Made by a program: the position numbers and the translations under genes
Notes under the pieces: model-generated
Seen by the model: only the letters and a program-made list of their open reading frames with translations
Told to the model about the DNA's origin: nothing
The model's database searches: none
Shown here: piece after piece, positions 36,976-51,700 of the stretch
Layout of the letters: each line of letters opens with the position of its first letter
Position numbering within the stretch: position 1 is the first letter of the stretch
Assembly (NCBI GenBank): GCA_965153285.1
Contig: OZ229111.1
DNA: 64,000 nucleotides
DNA from: Podarcis tiliguerta
Lineage: Eukaryota
Reading direction: 5' to 3' (one strand)

Positions 36976-39900
36976 CTATGGGGGGGGGAACAAGTCAACA
37001 TGTTTATAAAAATATACTGTAACGTTGAATAAAAGGAAACGGCTGATTTGATAGCTGTGTTCCAGACATATCACATTGGTCACTCTGCCAAGTATTATTC
37101 TGCACACCCACTCCTATGTAGGATGTAATAGCTCTGTGCTAACACCTGCCTACTTTTAAATTCAGTCTTTTAGTTGCAGCAGTTCATCAATAATGTCCCT
37201 AGCTTTGCCCAATACACTGGCTTTTTGAACAAAAGGTTCCCCCCCTTCCCAATAGGGCAAAGCATGTGACTTTTACAGCATAAATTATAGTAAGCAGTCA
37301 CACTGTATTTTCGTTTACCTGACTCCTTAATACAACCCAGACTATTTAGATATTTGGGAGTTTTGTTGCTTTTTATTTGCTTGGCTTGCTATTGAAAGGT
37401 GAACAAATTTAGTGTGCAATCCTGTGCATGCTTATTTGAGAATGAGGTAGCTTTCTGCAATGGATGAGGTTCTGTGCCTGTTGCTTTGGTATATATCTCC
37501 CAGAGACATTGGAACAGAAATTCTAAATTTGGCTGTTGTTGTTATCACTTGGCATTTAATGGCAGACACAATGTATATTTTATCAACAGACTTTTAAAAA
37601 TTTCTGCATCAAAAACAATCTTAAAAGGCTCGATTCTAGGATTGAGACACAATGAGGACATGCTGAGTTCTCTCCACCTTCTGCAGAAATAACTGGCACT
37701 AGGGGAAATTAAATTTTAACTATTAAAACACTTGACTACCTTTAGCACTGAAAATGAACTGCAGTGCACACTTCAAAGTTTCATGTTGGCAAAATCTTTG
37801 CTGCTGCTGTGAAAAATGTGTTGGTGCTAAGCATGAATTCTGAAGCAACTTAAGGATCATTTATGTTTTATTTGCATTTTTACGATTAAAGAGTAACACA
37901 TTAGCCATCCATCTCCTATGTTGCAGAAAGCAGTGTTAAATCATGTGTTAATCCTGAATATAGACCTCATAGGAAACTATGATGTTTAAATGTGCATTTG
38001 TTCATTTAAGTGTCAGGAGCTCATTATAAGAGGTACTGGGTACAATGCAACTTGCATATTTTTGATTTTTTGTTTCCTCCCTGAGCTAAGAACACCCAAA
38101 ATCATTACCCAAGCAACTGGCAGTGACTATAGAGGAAAAGGCTTTGCCCTTAATATCTTCTTTGTACCCATGTTTCCTGCTTGGGATTTTAAGAATTCAT
38201 TTAGGAGGGCTCCCCCTGCCCACCTCATTACACAGTGCTGAAATGCTGCAGAGAACAGAGGCATATGTGCCCCCCATACCCCCATGGATTATATTAGATG
38301 AATTGATAAATAGTATATTTCATCACAGGGAGGTTTACAGCATGGGAGAAAAAGCAATTTTAAGAGACAGTCAGTTCTCAACATTTTTTTATAGACCAGT
38401 TTTTTAAAAAGCAGGAAAGCTTTATGTGGAATTAGTTTCTATAGTCTCTATTCTTGTTTAGTGCATGCATTATGACACTGCAAGTGCATTTATTATGCTG
38501 TTGCCAAATCTAGTGCACAAATGCAGGCACGCTTAGGAATTTATGTCATTATACGAATGTTACAGCTGTTACATTTGTGTTTTTAAAAATAATAGAATCA
38601 CAACATGACCTTGTTTTAGATCACACTTCTTAAAAGGTGTGTGTGTGAGAGAGAGAGAGAGAGAGGAGTACATTATGTCCATTTTTGAACTTCCCTTATT
38701 GGAGGTTTGTAGGTCTGCCGCAAAAATACCTACGTCAGGAGGAGATTAGTCCATGGATGGGGGACAAACAGAACAGCTGTATTTTCCAGGTCAGCTACAA
38801 GAATGGTAATTAAGCTGACTTTCCAATACTGCTCTCGGCTTGAATGGAATGGTGTTTCAAATATTTTATCATGTTATCTATCATAGAGAGACCTTCTTTA
38901 ACATTACCTTTCATGCATTCATAAACAGACAAGGATAGTTTTATTTTATAGAAAAATACACATTTGAGTACTGAACCACAAAGCATAAGCGAGGCATTGG
39001 GGCTTTTACATAATGCATGCTAAAATCCCTGCTATTCAATCACAAAGAAGCAGCTCATCTGCATCTAGTAATCAAAAGCTATCATCAGTATTTAGTATTT
39101 ACCTGTTCAAACGAATGAAGTCCACTCTCTTTCCCTAACTGCACCATATCTTCCATTATTGCTTTTTTGAGCTCCTAAGTAAGAACATATGAGAACATTT
39201 ACAGCCAGGAAGTCCTGTTCAAATACATGTTCCAATATTTAAATAATTATTTATTTGGCTCTCTATTGACAATTAACTTTTCAAAGAAGCAGAGGATGAA
39301 ATGTGATTATACTATGCAGGACAAGGATGGGAAATATCAGGCAGAGGGATGAATTGTGTCCCCCCGCCCCCCAGACCTCTTTGTCTGGCCCTTGGAATTC
39401 TCCTCAGGTCATACCCTTCACATGCCAAGCTTTGCACTCCAAATACGCCCATCTGGAACATGTCTTTGAACTCTGTTATGGGGAGGATAGAGGCAGGGTG
39501 CTTGAGTGTTAGTACAAAATAGCCTATTGTACAAAAGGTAAAAATCACATTTGTTACTCCACCCATTTTGGCCCTTGCAAAATTGATCAGAAGGTTATGT
39601 GGCTCTCAGCTTGAAAAACATTGCCCATCCTTAAGGAATTCTGGTCCTGTAGTCTTCATGCAGAAGTGTCTGAAATACCTCTTTGATTTAAATTTCCCAA
39701 GCATGAACATATGTTTGCAGCGCAAAGACTTAAATTCTTATTCTGGCATGTTGTCTTGGAACTTGTTCTTAGAGCTCAGAGCTCTCACTTTCCTCTTTGC
39801 ATTTAAAATTAAAATACGAAGGAGTTCAGTGACTGAAACTGTATCTTATAACGCCGGTTCCAAAATAGTAGATTCCATTCCATGGTAAACAGTAGCTGCA

Positions 39901-41976
39901 ACATCCCTACACCTTACACTGATGCCCTTTTCAATGTTATTTATCTAATGCCATCAATATGAATTGCATTTTGCACAGAGGCCAGGTCCCAGCCCTGATC
40001 AGCTGGCAATCTAAAGAGAAAGTGCTTACAGTCTACTTCCTTAGTGTTCTAATAACCAAGTCCCTGGATTATAGCATAGGCATTTACTCAGAAGTAAGTC
40101 CTACTGAGTTCAATGGAACTTACTCCCAGGTAAGCAGGGATAGGATTACAGCCTTATTTCTTGAACATCCCAAGAATGTTGCCAGGAATTACTTTGGCTA
40201 CTGCTGAATCCTAGCTGCTCTACATATTTCCAGCCCCTTACTCAAGTGGTAGCTAGCTCACCTGGCTTTGTCACACAGGAGTGGGGAATTAATTAATTAT
40301 TCAGATACATAGGAGCGTAGGAACTGCTTTATAATGAGTTGGGCTATGTGATAGGAATTTTATGGTCTTAGATATATGGTAATGTTCATAACCGCACATA
40401 CGTAGGTCAGCACAGGAAGACCAACCTGGAACCATTTTGATTCTTAAGCTGACCAAATGTTTTCTCTGCAAGGTCAAACTGGAAAAGTCTCCCCATTGTC
40501 TCTTTCCTCACAAATTACAACAGCTATTTGTCTGTCTAGTTCAGGATAGCCTACACTGACTCATAGCAGTTCTGCAGGGTTTCAGACATGGGGTCTTTCA
40601 ATCCCTGGAACATCCAGGCAGTGTTGAGAATCTTGACCCTTTTTTGCAGGCAGTACATATTCCACCACTGAGCAATGATCCTTCACTTATGGCTTCCACC
40701 AAAGGTAAATGTGCTGGAGCACCCATAGAAGAAATAAAACTTGCTCTTTAGTAGCTTTGCTGTCTTCTTTCTGGAACATTACTGCAATCTTTATCTAGTC
40801 TAGGCAACAGCAGAGAAATCACATGATTTGGCACTGGCTCAGACATTCCAAGCCTCCAAAAAACAAAATGAAACAAAAGCATATCTCACTCTGCAAAAAA
40901 ATAGATGTCATCTTGTAGCAATGGCAGTACTGATAAAGAAAGTGGAAAAAACCCAAGATGTTATACTAGCTCCTGTTATAGGACAGAGCTTTGCTTATCT
41001 AATGGAATCTTTCTAACAGATGTCCCAGTCTCTTAACACAGTAATCACCTAGCTACTTAGAGCCAGAATTACACATTATGTTAAAAGCAGTTTTAACTAC
41101 TGTGCTTTGGACTTGGCTGTGCCTTTCTTTATGAAAAGAAGCTGTGGGAATCCTGACCAGGATTAAAACCCCTTTCCCTTTTTGCCTGAAAACTATCCAA
41201 AGCAGTAAATATGTCCTTTGGGGGCATTATTATTAGCAGGAAAACAGGGCATGGTTAAGCTCCCTCCTTCCGTGCTGTGGATCTGATCCAGTTCAGAGCC
41301 CCCTATAGCTGCTTTTTTTCTAAAGAAAAAGTCACAGTCAGATCCAAACACATTAGCTGAACTGTTTTAATTCAGCCATTCCCATCTTGGTGCTCTCCTG
41401 ATATTCTGGATTACAGTTCCCATCATCCCTGACCATTGGCCATGCTGGCTAGAGCTTCTGGGAGTCCAAAACATCTTGGGGGCAACAGGCTATGGAAGGC
41501 TGCTTTTAATGTAACATTGAAGTTGGCCTTTCAGCTTATCATATTGCATCATTCGCCATAAGGCTCTTTCAGTGCACTGGCAAATTCTGATCTACCAATT
41601 AGAATTATAATCTATATTTGTCTGTTCACACACACACAGCCCAAATTGGCACTGAACTGCACAGGAACATGCACATAAGCAATTTACCGCATTTTTACAG
41701 AGCTCTGCAAAAGTTCCATCAAAGCCTCTTTTCTTGGCCCAGGCTGGCATGATTTCAGCATCAGGTACAACAATCCCCACCAGGAAGGCCTGCAACGATA
41801 CAGATAAAATTGGGGACTGTATTTGTGACACAGCAAACCCATCTTGATCCCTTGAATTTTGCTGTGCTCTCTTATCTGTCTTTCCTAAATAAGAGTGCTT
41901 GTCAAGTTCTTTGCCCTTTGCCCCCATTCCTCAAACAATGATACAGCAGCTTCTGCTTATCACAAGAGTCTGAGCA

Positions 41977-42013
<37 letters not shown>

Positions 42014-45000
42014 CTCAGCAGTGGAGGTTCAGAGCAGAGCTCTGTTCTCTTAACTTTTGATAATGGCTTCCATATACAGTAAATAGATTTGCAGTAAGGT
42101 TACTCCCGCTTCTCCTCCACAGTCCTCCAGCTCTTCCAGTTCCATCAGGAGGCTGGTCCCAAATGTTACAAAATCTGCATGTGGGTGTGTTGCTTGACTC
42201 TGCTTATGCAGTTGTTTCCCTATTGATCTATACAGACTTTATAGTGTATGCAGGTCAATCAATGACCACTGCGCCAGAAAGTTTGCTACGTGTCCCAGAA
42301 TGCCTTGTGCCTGGGACATCAGTGAGTGAATGATGTGCTCCTCTCATTAAACTATGTATCTAGCTGCTGAACTTACCTGCTCAGCAGGTAACAGACACCA
42401 ACATCTTGTATCCATTTTGAACATTATTAAATGGAATAAAGATGACACCTTGCCTGTTCCTAAACGCAACCCCCCCCCCAACCCAGGAAACAATACAAAA
42501 TGGTATAAAAGGCATGACCAAATTTCAAATAATGTTTAGAAAGTGGATAGCATTACCTGTAAACTATCTCCATGCACATATAACTGCGCGACAGGCTCGC
42601 TGCGAATGTAGATATTCTCAATTTTCTCTGGTGCAATGTATTCTCCCTGAGCCAGTTTAAATATATGCTTTTTTCGATCAATTATTTTAAGTGTACCATT
42701 CTGTGAGTAAAAAATAACATAAGAATGTAAGAAGAGTCTGTCTGCTGGTTCAGGCCTAAGGCCAATTCAGTCCAGCATCCTATCTCCCGTAGGGGCCAAT
42801 CAGATGCCGAAGGGAAGCCTGCAAGTGGGGATACGCTTATGCAGCAGCAAGTAGTCACGTAGAGCTAGGGAAACGTGAGGTCGCCTTGCCTGCAACTCAG
42901 CTCCAGTCTACTGGGTCCCTTCTGAGCAGCAGAATTCAAACAGATTTCAAATTTCTCAGACTGGCCAAAGAAGCTAAGGTCAAATATCTATGAAACCTAA
43001 CAGAAAGTGGCAGGCCCAGGCATAGTAGAGCCACGGGCGGGTAGGGGATTAGGTATAATCACAACAACACAAAGAACAGCAGTGTTGGGATTTAAACAGG
43101 CTACAACTATTGGTGTCAGCAGGTTTTGGGAGAGGCATTGGGTAGGTATCCTGAACTCAACCAGCCCAACTGCTGTGGATGATTGGCAGGGTTGATCAAG
43201 GTTATGGGTCACCCCACGGGACAGATACATATCACAATATGTATCATATCCAGGCAAACCTCAAAATCACCATTTGGGGTGCTATAGCCCATTAGCTCCC
43301 AAGCTAGGTATCAGAACAAGAAGTACTTCCCCCAGGCTCCCATTAAGGGGATACCCTGTGACCATGGAGCAGGGGAGGAGCCTCCACCCCCACCCACACA
43401 GACTGAGGATCCAACCCAATGCCTTATCCACCAGTAAGTTGTGACAATTGCTATGAGGTAGCCCATAAACCCATAAAATAAGGCCAGGGGAGGGTTGGAA
43501 TCTAAAAGGGAACCAATGTTGGAGCTGAACCCTGGTGTAGGTTTGGCATATGCTCACATCACACAGTAGTAATTTTTATCCACCACTATACTCATGATCT
43601 GACGTACACATCAGTGTCTAATTCACTTATTCCTTTGGTCAGAGAGGCTTGTAAACCTGCAATCTTAGTGTGCAAAGCTAGCATTTCAGTACGTACGTGC
43701 AACCACTTCCCGACATCCCCAGTATGAAGCCAGCCATCCTTGTCTAAAGCTTCCGTGGTTTTCTCTCTATCTTTCAGGTAGCCCTTGAAAACGTTTGGAC
43801 CTTTCACACAAATCTGCAAGAGAGAGATCTGCTGGTACACTGCAAGGTAGACATCTTTTTTAAAAAAGAAAGACTTAGGCCAATTGTTATAACTTCACAC
43901 AAATGATGAATATATAGGCAAAAAATCTTCAAGAACCTCAGCCTATGGGTTAGACTGAGCCACACAAGGAACTCTTATTTTATAATCACATGCCACTGAA
44001 TACTGGCATAACCCTTTTCTGGGGAGGGGAGGGCCAATCACACAAATATACAGTTGGCACCACTGATACAAGGTGGGAGACTTTCAGGAAGCTGGACCTG
44101 TGAGTTCTAGAAGCACAGCTGTTTGCCTATGAGGACTCTGTGCCAACAATGAGTAGATTGGAACATGTGTAATACTTCCTGAGTGAAGGTTTTCTGTTCT
44201 ATCTGAGCAAAGACCAGCCTGAGCCAACACAACATACTGTTAGATGCACAACAGGCAGAATAGAAGCATCATTTGCAACTTAGGATGTTTTGTAATATTT
44301 GGGTTTATTTACAAATTTACCTTTGGAGAGACTGTATCAGATAGTTGTTTTAATTATTATTTTTTAATTCTTATCCCCCCCAATTATATCCTGTAACAAT
44401 GATACATGAGAAATCTGCAACTTTTTGCTTTGTTGTTGTTGTTTATTGTACTGCAGTTTGCAAAACAAAATTATGTATTAAATAAATATATGCAAGTCAA
44501 GCATAGGTGGAGGCAGACAGCTTAACATTCAACAAAGCCAGTCCATTGTTCCCACACCAGATTGCAGAGAAAGACACTTTTCTTCCTCCTCAGCTGCTGT
44601 TAGCTTACAGCTCCAAGCTTTCTCTGTCTCCAAAACTCCAGTTGCTCTTCTGTTTCTTTCTCAAATGCACATATTTTGCTTACACCATCCTCAGCTGGGT
44701 GTGAAATGTGTGTTGCCATATCAGACTGTTGCAGCAGAAAGAGTCTTGTAGAAGACTTAAGAAATGCCTCACGGCATAAGCTTTCATAGTCCACAATAAC
44801 TTATGCCCTTAGACTATGAAAGTTTATGCTATAACTTATTTGTTGGACTTTCAGGTGCCACTCTTCTTTGCCCCCCCCCCCATTCAAATTATTCCAGAGA
44901 GAACCAAGAAACCATCTTTTAATGATGAAGCGTTTTTTGTTCAAAACCAAACTGTGCTCCTGCATTCCTTCAAGGCAAATCCACAATAATAGTCCTACTC

Positions 45001-48000
45001 ACAGCAATCAGAAAGCAGCCTCACCACAATACTAATCCTGGCCAGCAGGACAAGATGAATGTCTAACTCCACTGCCACCATCTTACTCCAAGGATGCTGT
45101 GTTTATTTCATTGTGCCTGTTTTCCTTTAGCTGTTCATCCTAAGCTAGGCTTCTAAGGAGTTATGTCATGAACCTTGTCCCTTCCCAGCTCCTGTCAGTT
45201 CCAGGAATTCTTGCCATTACCCTGCATGAAGTTTGGATCATCAGTACTGAAATGAAAGAATGAGAGCCAATGCCCGACTTGCTCGCTGGCCTTCCTGAGC
45301 ACCAGAGCAAACTCCTCCTGCACCTGAGCTTGTTGGTTATGTCCTCGAGAAATATATGTATCTTTGCACCCTCCTATCTCCTGTAAAGGAGTGACAGATC
45401 TTGCCTCTGGAAAAGGGCTCATTGGCTTTTTTAAACTACAAGTGAGACAGCGAAGAGTTCAGGAAGAGTGCATGTTACCTCTCCTTCTCCTTTAGAAGAA
45501 AAGTAATTTAGTTCTTCAACATCGACCAGTTTGATTAAATTACAGGGCAAAGGTGCTCCAACATGACCTGCAAATCACAGAGAAATGATAGTTTTTAAGT
45601 TGCAAGGTACCATAGAGGTCATCTAGGCCAACAACCTGCCCAGTGCCGGATCTAATCCCTCGACATAGATTTATGAAAGTGACAGTGCAGTTCACAGTGC
45701 TCTCTGGTGAAGGAGCCTGCTCTGCAATTGAGTCACTGGCTTCTTGCCAAGGAGACATTTGTCATTTTAAAAAAAATTAAAGAAAAACAAAAGTAAAACA
45801 ACTACAGCAGATTATTATCATAAAAGTATCTGAACATTGCTGAAGATGCAGTTTTATCGCTAGTCTAGTGAAAAATAATAATTGTAATTAGGAGTGAGGG
45901 GAAAGAGCACATATAACCCAGAGCTCATCTCTAAGGACAATCCAAAGGAGGAAACAAAATCCAAACAGGGCCACAGATTATCGTAAGTCACAGAAGCTGG
46001 GATCTAAAGAAATGATATACGCATACTGGTAAGTAGCATTTGTTTAGGCTGAGCACAGCTGTTGTTTCAGTGAGAAAAGGGACAAACCACTGATTGGTTT
46101 TTAAAGCTGCTTGCCTTTTTGGCAGTGAAAAATGCTGAGCCCAAAGCTGCAAAGTATATCACGATTACACGTCATTCTCCTGCACGCACATACATGGTGC
46201 CTTAGGATTCTGACCTAATTGTTTTCAAGCTTAAATAAGCTAATTAAACTTGCATTCTAAAACAGAATTTCTTGAGGGACTGCCTTATTCCTCATATACC
46301 TAGTAGATCACTGCATTCTACAGGAGTTTATCCTTAAAATCTCTGAAATATCAGAAACCACAGTATTTCAAAGCAGAGTTTTCAGTGCAGCTGCTCCTGT
46401 TTTGTGGAACATATATCTATCTTTTGGGATATGCCCACTATCTGTAGTTTCTGGTGGGGAAATGGTAGACATATTTGTTTCGACAAGCTTCTCCAGCTGG
46501 ATGAAAAGATCCCTGTCTTTGATGTTCATTTTGTTTTGTTTTCACAGCTAACTTTATTCGGTTTATGTATTGTTTTTACAATTATTCTTAGCTGTTTTTA
46601 CTATTTATCTGTGAATTATTTCACGATGCATAAAAAGGCAATTGATTAATTGATGATTCAGTACCCTGCCTGGTTTATTACCTGATGTCCAGTCCCCTGG
46701 AGTAGTGAAGGTACAGCCAGCTGTGCATTCTGTCTGGCCATAGCCTTCATAGACCTGTCAAAAGTATGTAAGGAAATAAGAACAACTTTACTGGATAAGA
46801 CCAAAGGTCCATCTAGATAAATCAGATGCCTATTGGAAGCCTTCAAGCAGGACAAGTGGACAGTCAAATTCTCCCACTTGCGATCCTCAGCGACTGGTAT
46901 TCTGAGGCAGAACAGGTATTCAGAGGCCTGCATCATTTAAACTAGATGATGCTAATTTCACCATTTTATTTGAAGGCCAAAAATAAATAAATGAGCAATA
47001 AATACTTTTCTCTCCAGTGTTGGGACTCAGGAAGAACACAATCTAAATTACAATTGTGTACAATAATAGCTTCTGATTGCTGAATTTAGAGATGGAGAAA
47101 GACAGTAAAGATGGAGGAGAAATCTCTCCTTTGTAGGAACTCTGGGAGCAGCTGAAGAGGATGCACTTTGGAACTTGTACTGCAAGCTAGGAAAGCCACT
47201 AGTACCTTGCTGAGAATGGCATGAGCCAATTATTGGTCAAGTTTAGTGCTACAGGCCTCTGCCCACACCTGAAAAGGCCTGTCGGTGGTTGCTGCTAAAG
47301 AAAAAGGAAAGACACTGCAAGCTGGGTTTGTCTTACTCAGCATCCCTGCCACCTTGAACACCCATTTAAGAAGGGTGGGTGCATCCAACTTGTTTCTTAA
47401 AACGGGAGATCTTCAATGGTATCTAGGAAACACAGGGGCATCCAAGGAGGGGGATTCCCCTTAGACAGAACTGGAAGGCAGACAAATCTGGCCCCAATCC
47501 GTCTATAGTACCTCCCCCACCTGATCTAAATTAAAATCTAGACACAAGTTCTGATCAGATCTTCACCATTAGCTTATTACTTTTGCAAGGGACTTGCTGT
47601 ACGTAAACATGGCTCTTTATATGGTCCTAATACTTAACTCTCCCTATTTCCATTATGGATGTGTTTAGTTCCCACAGTGTTATTAGTTAATACCACAGCT
47701 CATTTTTAACAATCTAGCTTTTCCCTAATGGTAGCAGAACTTCTAGCTAGGAAATAAAAAGTGCAACTGGATAAATGTATAGGTGCAACATACCTGACAC
47801 CCCAGGGCTGCTCGAAGGAAGCCCAGAACAGTGGGAGAAGCAGGAGCGGCTCCTGTTACAATCATCCTAACACAGCCACCCAGGCTTGCCTGTTGGGCAA
47901 AGAGAACTTTGAAAAAACAGCATGTAGCATAAAGAAGTTATTGCACATATTTGTACAGTATACTTTGGGCTTCCAGGCACAACAAAGATCAGCCTACCTG

Positions 48001-48693
48001 TTAGATCTAGCCGAATAGTTTATGCCTATATTTCCAAACCTCTTTCCTCTCCCACATTTATGAAGATCACACTGCATGCTGGAAGTCCCCTCCCCTTCCT
48101 GGGGGACGGGACGGTGTTGTGGGAGTGCATCCAGGACCTCCCAGTAATCCAGCTGTGGGTGGAGGGATGCAGCCCAAGTCATAGGGACTCCCAGCCGCAT
48201 CATGCCCCCCGGCTGGCCAATCAGGTTGGCTGGGGGCATGGCCACTAGCCATTTAAGTTGGTGGGGAGCCTTTAGGGCTCGAGTGGCCATTAGGCATTGG
48301 GTAAGCCTTGTTTATGGGAGGGGAGGTTGCTGCCTCCGCCTGCCCCTCCACATTAAGGGTATCCTGTTAAAGGGACCCGGGCGTGTGGATCCTGTCCAAA
48401 GCCATGCCACAACCCCATTGGGGACCCTGGGGGTGCTCTTAATCAATGTATATCATAGGGCTCCCCCTACCGGTGGTTTACTCTTTGAGACTCCCTGCAG
48501 ATGTGCAGGAGTCAGGATATAGTCTGGTTTCACCCAATGCCTAAGCCAAGCTGCTCACATCTGTAACCAATAAAGTTGTGGCCTGTTTTATCCCATTAAC
48601 CTAAACATTTGTGTCTGTGTGTTTATTATCTAATGGAACTGCGGGACCCAGGGCCTTGCCACGCAAACAGCTACATTCCTGACCTTGCCACAC

Positions 48694-48730
<37 letters not shown>

Positions 48731-51700
48731 CTCAGCCTAGGTGAATGATGTTCTGGGAGAAATGGGGTGGGGAGGGAGCGTAGTTCTGAATGCATAATAT
48801 GGGCTGTAGAGTATTCTGTTTTCATGTCAAATAAAACTGGATTGTCTGTATCTGGTGATGGTTTTGCACTAGCAGAAAATGTACCCTCATACAAACTATG
48901 ACATCCAATTTTCATGGATTCCTTCCCTACCCACTGCAGTCCCTACAAAGCTGTTCCAAATAGCATGGGATAAGGTACAGAGGAGCAGCAGGTAAGAACA
49001 ATGGGTGGAAATTGGATGCCCCGCCATACACAATCATAAGCATTTTTGTACTACTGCAAAGCCACAGCTGGCTACAACCTTGTATTTTAGTGTTTCGCTT
49101 TTAATTTTTTATCATTACCATTTTTTTGGAGGAGCACACAATTGGTTGAAGCATGTACTGTTGAGTAAAACTCTAACTAATGTATTTGAGACCTTCTGAT
49201 ACTCTGAATATGATTTTGCTTCTTACTGGTCAAAGCTTTCCTTTTGTGTTTCTAGTAATGGCTTCATTTCTTGCCTCATGCCCTGATCCCAAATGTGCTT
49301 GAAAGTAACCCTAGAACAGCACACAGGGGAGCAGGAATGAGATTGTTCTATCAGGTAAGCAGAAATATTTGCACTGATGAACAATCTCCTTAAAGCTACA
49401 ATAAATTTCACTTTTGGTCTGTGAATTTTCACAGTAAGAGGATCGGGATTCTATAAGAAGATTGGCGCCTATTTGGGGTCTCTTTGTTTACTCCAGCAAT
49501 CCTGAATTAGTCACTTTGATAGCAACGTTTTCTGTGATTTTCACAGTTTAGGTACTTGTGAACTTGCATAAAACTAAACAGCCGACAGAGAGTGAAATAT
49601 TAGTTGACTCTTAAACAAGTTGCTTCTGTCTGCTGCAAAGACAGGGCAGTGCCGTGGCTCATGCCTGAAAATTAAGTCAGGGAGCATCCAGATTCTCCAG
49701 TTTAGATTAAAATCCAGACTGAAAGAGACTTCCTGGTTTACTGCTCCTTTGAAAGACAGTAAAACTGTTGCTAGGGGGCAAACACCCATTCAGTGACTGG
49801 GACCCACTCAGCCCAAGGTTTGTCTCCATTCATTTGAATAACAATGTCATTCAAAGGCTTCACCCATAAAAATTGCTGCTGGGGCCAAAACCCAGTCCTT
49901 TAGAGGGCAAGAAGGCTCCCTGGGAAAGGTTGCCTCCCTCCCCCCCTTTAGTGATTTTTCTAGTTTCATGTACAATTTCATTTTCGTAAAGGGTTCCTTG
50001 CACAAGTGCCCATTTTTTTCCAGATCCTTACCTGTATTTTATTAAAGAATAGTCTATCCCACAGGCTGTCATTTCTGATTATTCCACTTTGAACTTCTGC
50101 CTTTTTACGCTTGGCAGCAAATTCCAGAAGCCAGCGTTTCAGTGGGGTGTCTGCTTGACTGAAGATCTAAGAGAATGCAAAATGGCAGGGCGTGGGGAGA
50201 GAGAAAAGATTGCATAGCTTAAAAGGGAAGCGGGACCAAATTTATCACTGGCATAAGCAGACAGGGCTCCACAGATGCCAGCAGTATAATTAATTGTTTG
50301 AATTAATCATAACTATACCATTGCTAAAAGTTAACAACAAAGCTCTTCTGCTGCAATTCACTTTGAATTATGCTTTCTGTTCTCTTCTAAGGGAAAACAA
50401 AATCACTGAAAACTATGTATAGAGATTAAGGTATCCCAAGGGCTTCCATTGTGTAATTAGCTTGGCACAGCTATATAGAATTATTGGGGATACTGTATTG
50501 TAACAACAGAATAGAAACATCTGGCTGCTGCAGAGCAGTTCCCAGTCTGTTAATGAGCTAATTGTGGCTGGCTGTTATTTTTATTAATGTTTTATGAAGT
50601 GGCAATTATGGCAAATCTCCATGTCAAACCAACCTAAGATTCATCAGAAATCATTTTATAAACAGCCCCACATGCAAAAATGTTAGGGAGTGGAAGTCAG
50701 ACTTCTTTCACGTTGCCGTTACAACTTCAAGTATGTTGATTCACAAGCTCCTTTTCCTGCTTGCAAATCCATTCTCAGGTATACAATGCTGGTACACACC
50801 TAAGATGTGAAAAAGCAAAGAAATGCTTTTCGGCAGCCCATGGGACACAGTTCTTGCTGAGGGCCACATTCCAGAATTGGATGGGGCCACAGGTGGAAGT
50901 AGGCAGAGCAATAAACATAAATGTTATCATTGGCTGGTTTCTACACATACACACCCTTCTCTATTGTCTATCCAGATAGACGAGATTTCACCAGAAGTCA
51001 GCCCCACCACCACCACCCCGAAGTATTTTACTGGCAAATGTTGCAATATGATGTACACATGCTTGCCTTCCACATCAGATTTCATTAAAGAAAAAGAAAG
51101 AACGTTGAATCAATTTCCAAACAAAAAATATATAAATTGTATCTAGAAGTCTGTTTTGTATCTAGGGGGGTGGATACAGAAAACCTAGATGAGAACTGGG
51201 TACCAATAATAAATGTGTATCACATTCATAGTTTCCGGATATGACGGGTAAATCAAGCATAGTGCAGTCATAACATCATTAGAAAAAAAAAGTAGGTCAA
51301 TTCTTAACTCCTGAAGCATCTCTGGAAAATTTGCTGTTGTGTACCTTTCACAGCTTAGCAGCATCCCATGCATGTAAAGCACCAATCAGTTCATGGTGAC
51401 AGCTGGGAAGCTATTGATAACATCACCTTGCCCTAGTACACATTCCCTGCCTACAAACAAGGCACAATCAGAGTGCTGGAAAGAGTCTACAGTGGCTCCC
51501 TGTCAGAAACTTCCCATGGCGTGAGGAGGCTTGCATTTAGAAACTTGAGGCTGCTCAGGAGAAAGGTTTTTAAGTATGACTGGGATGCTAATTCCCTGCT
51601 CACAAACAGCCCTAATAACATTGCACATGACACCTTAACACTTGCTTTTTGCAAGTCGGTGGAAAGGGTGCTTCTCTGATAAAGCAGAGTGGGTGCTGCA

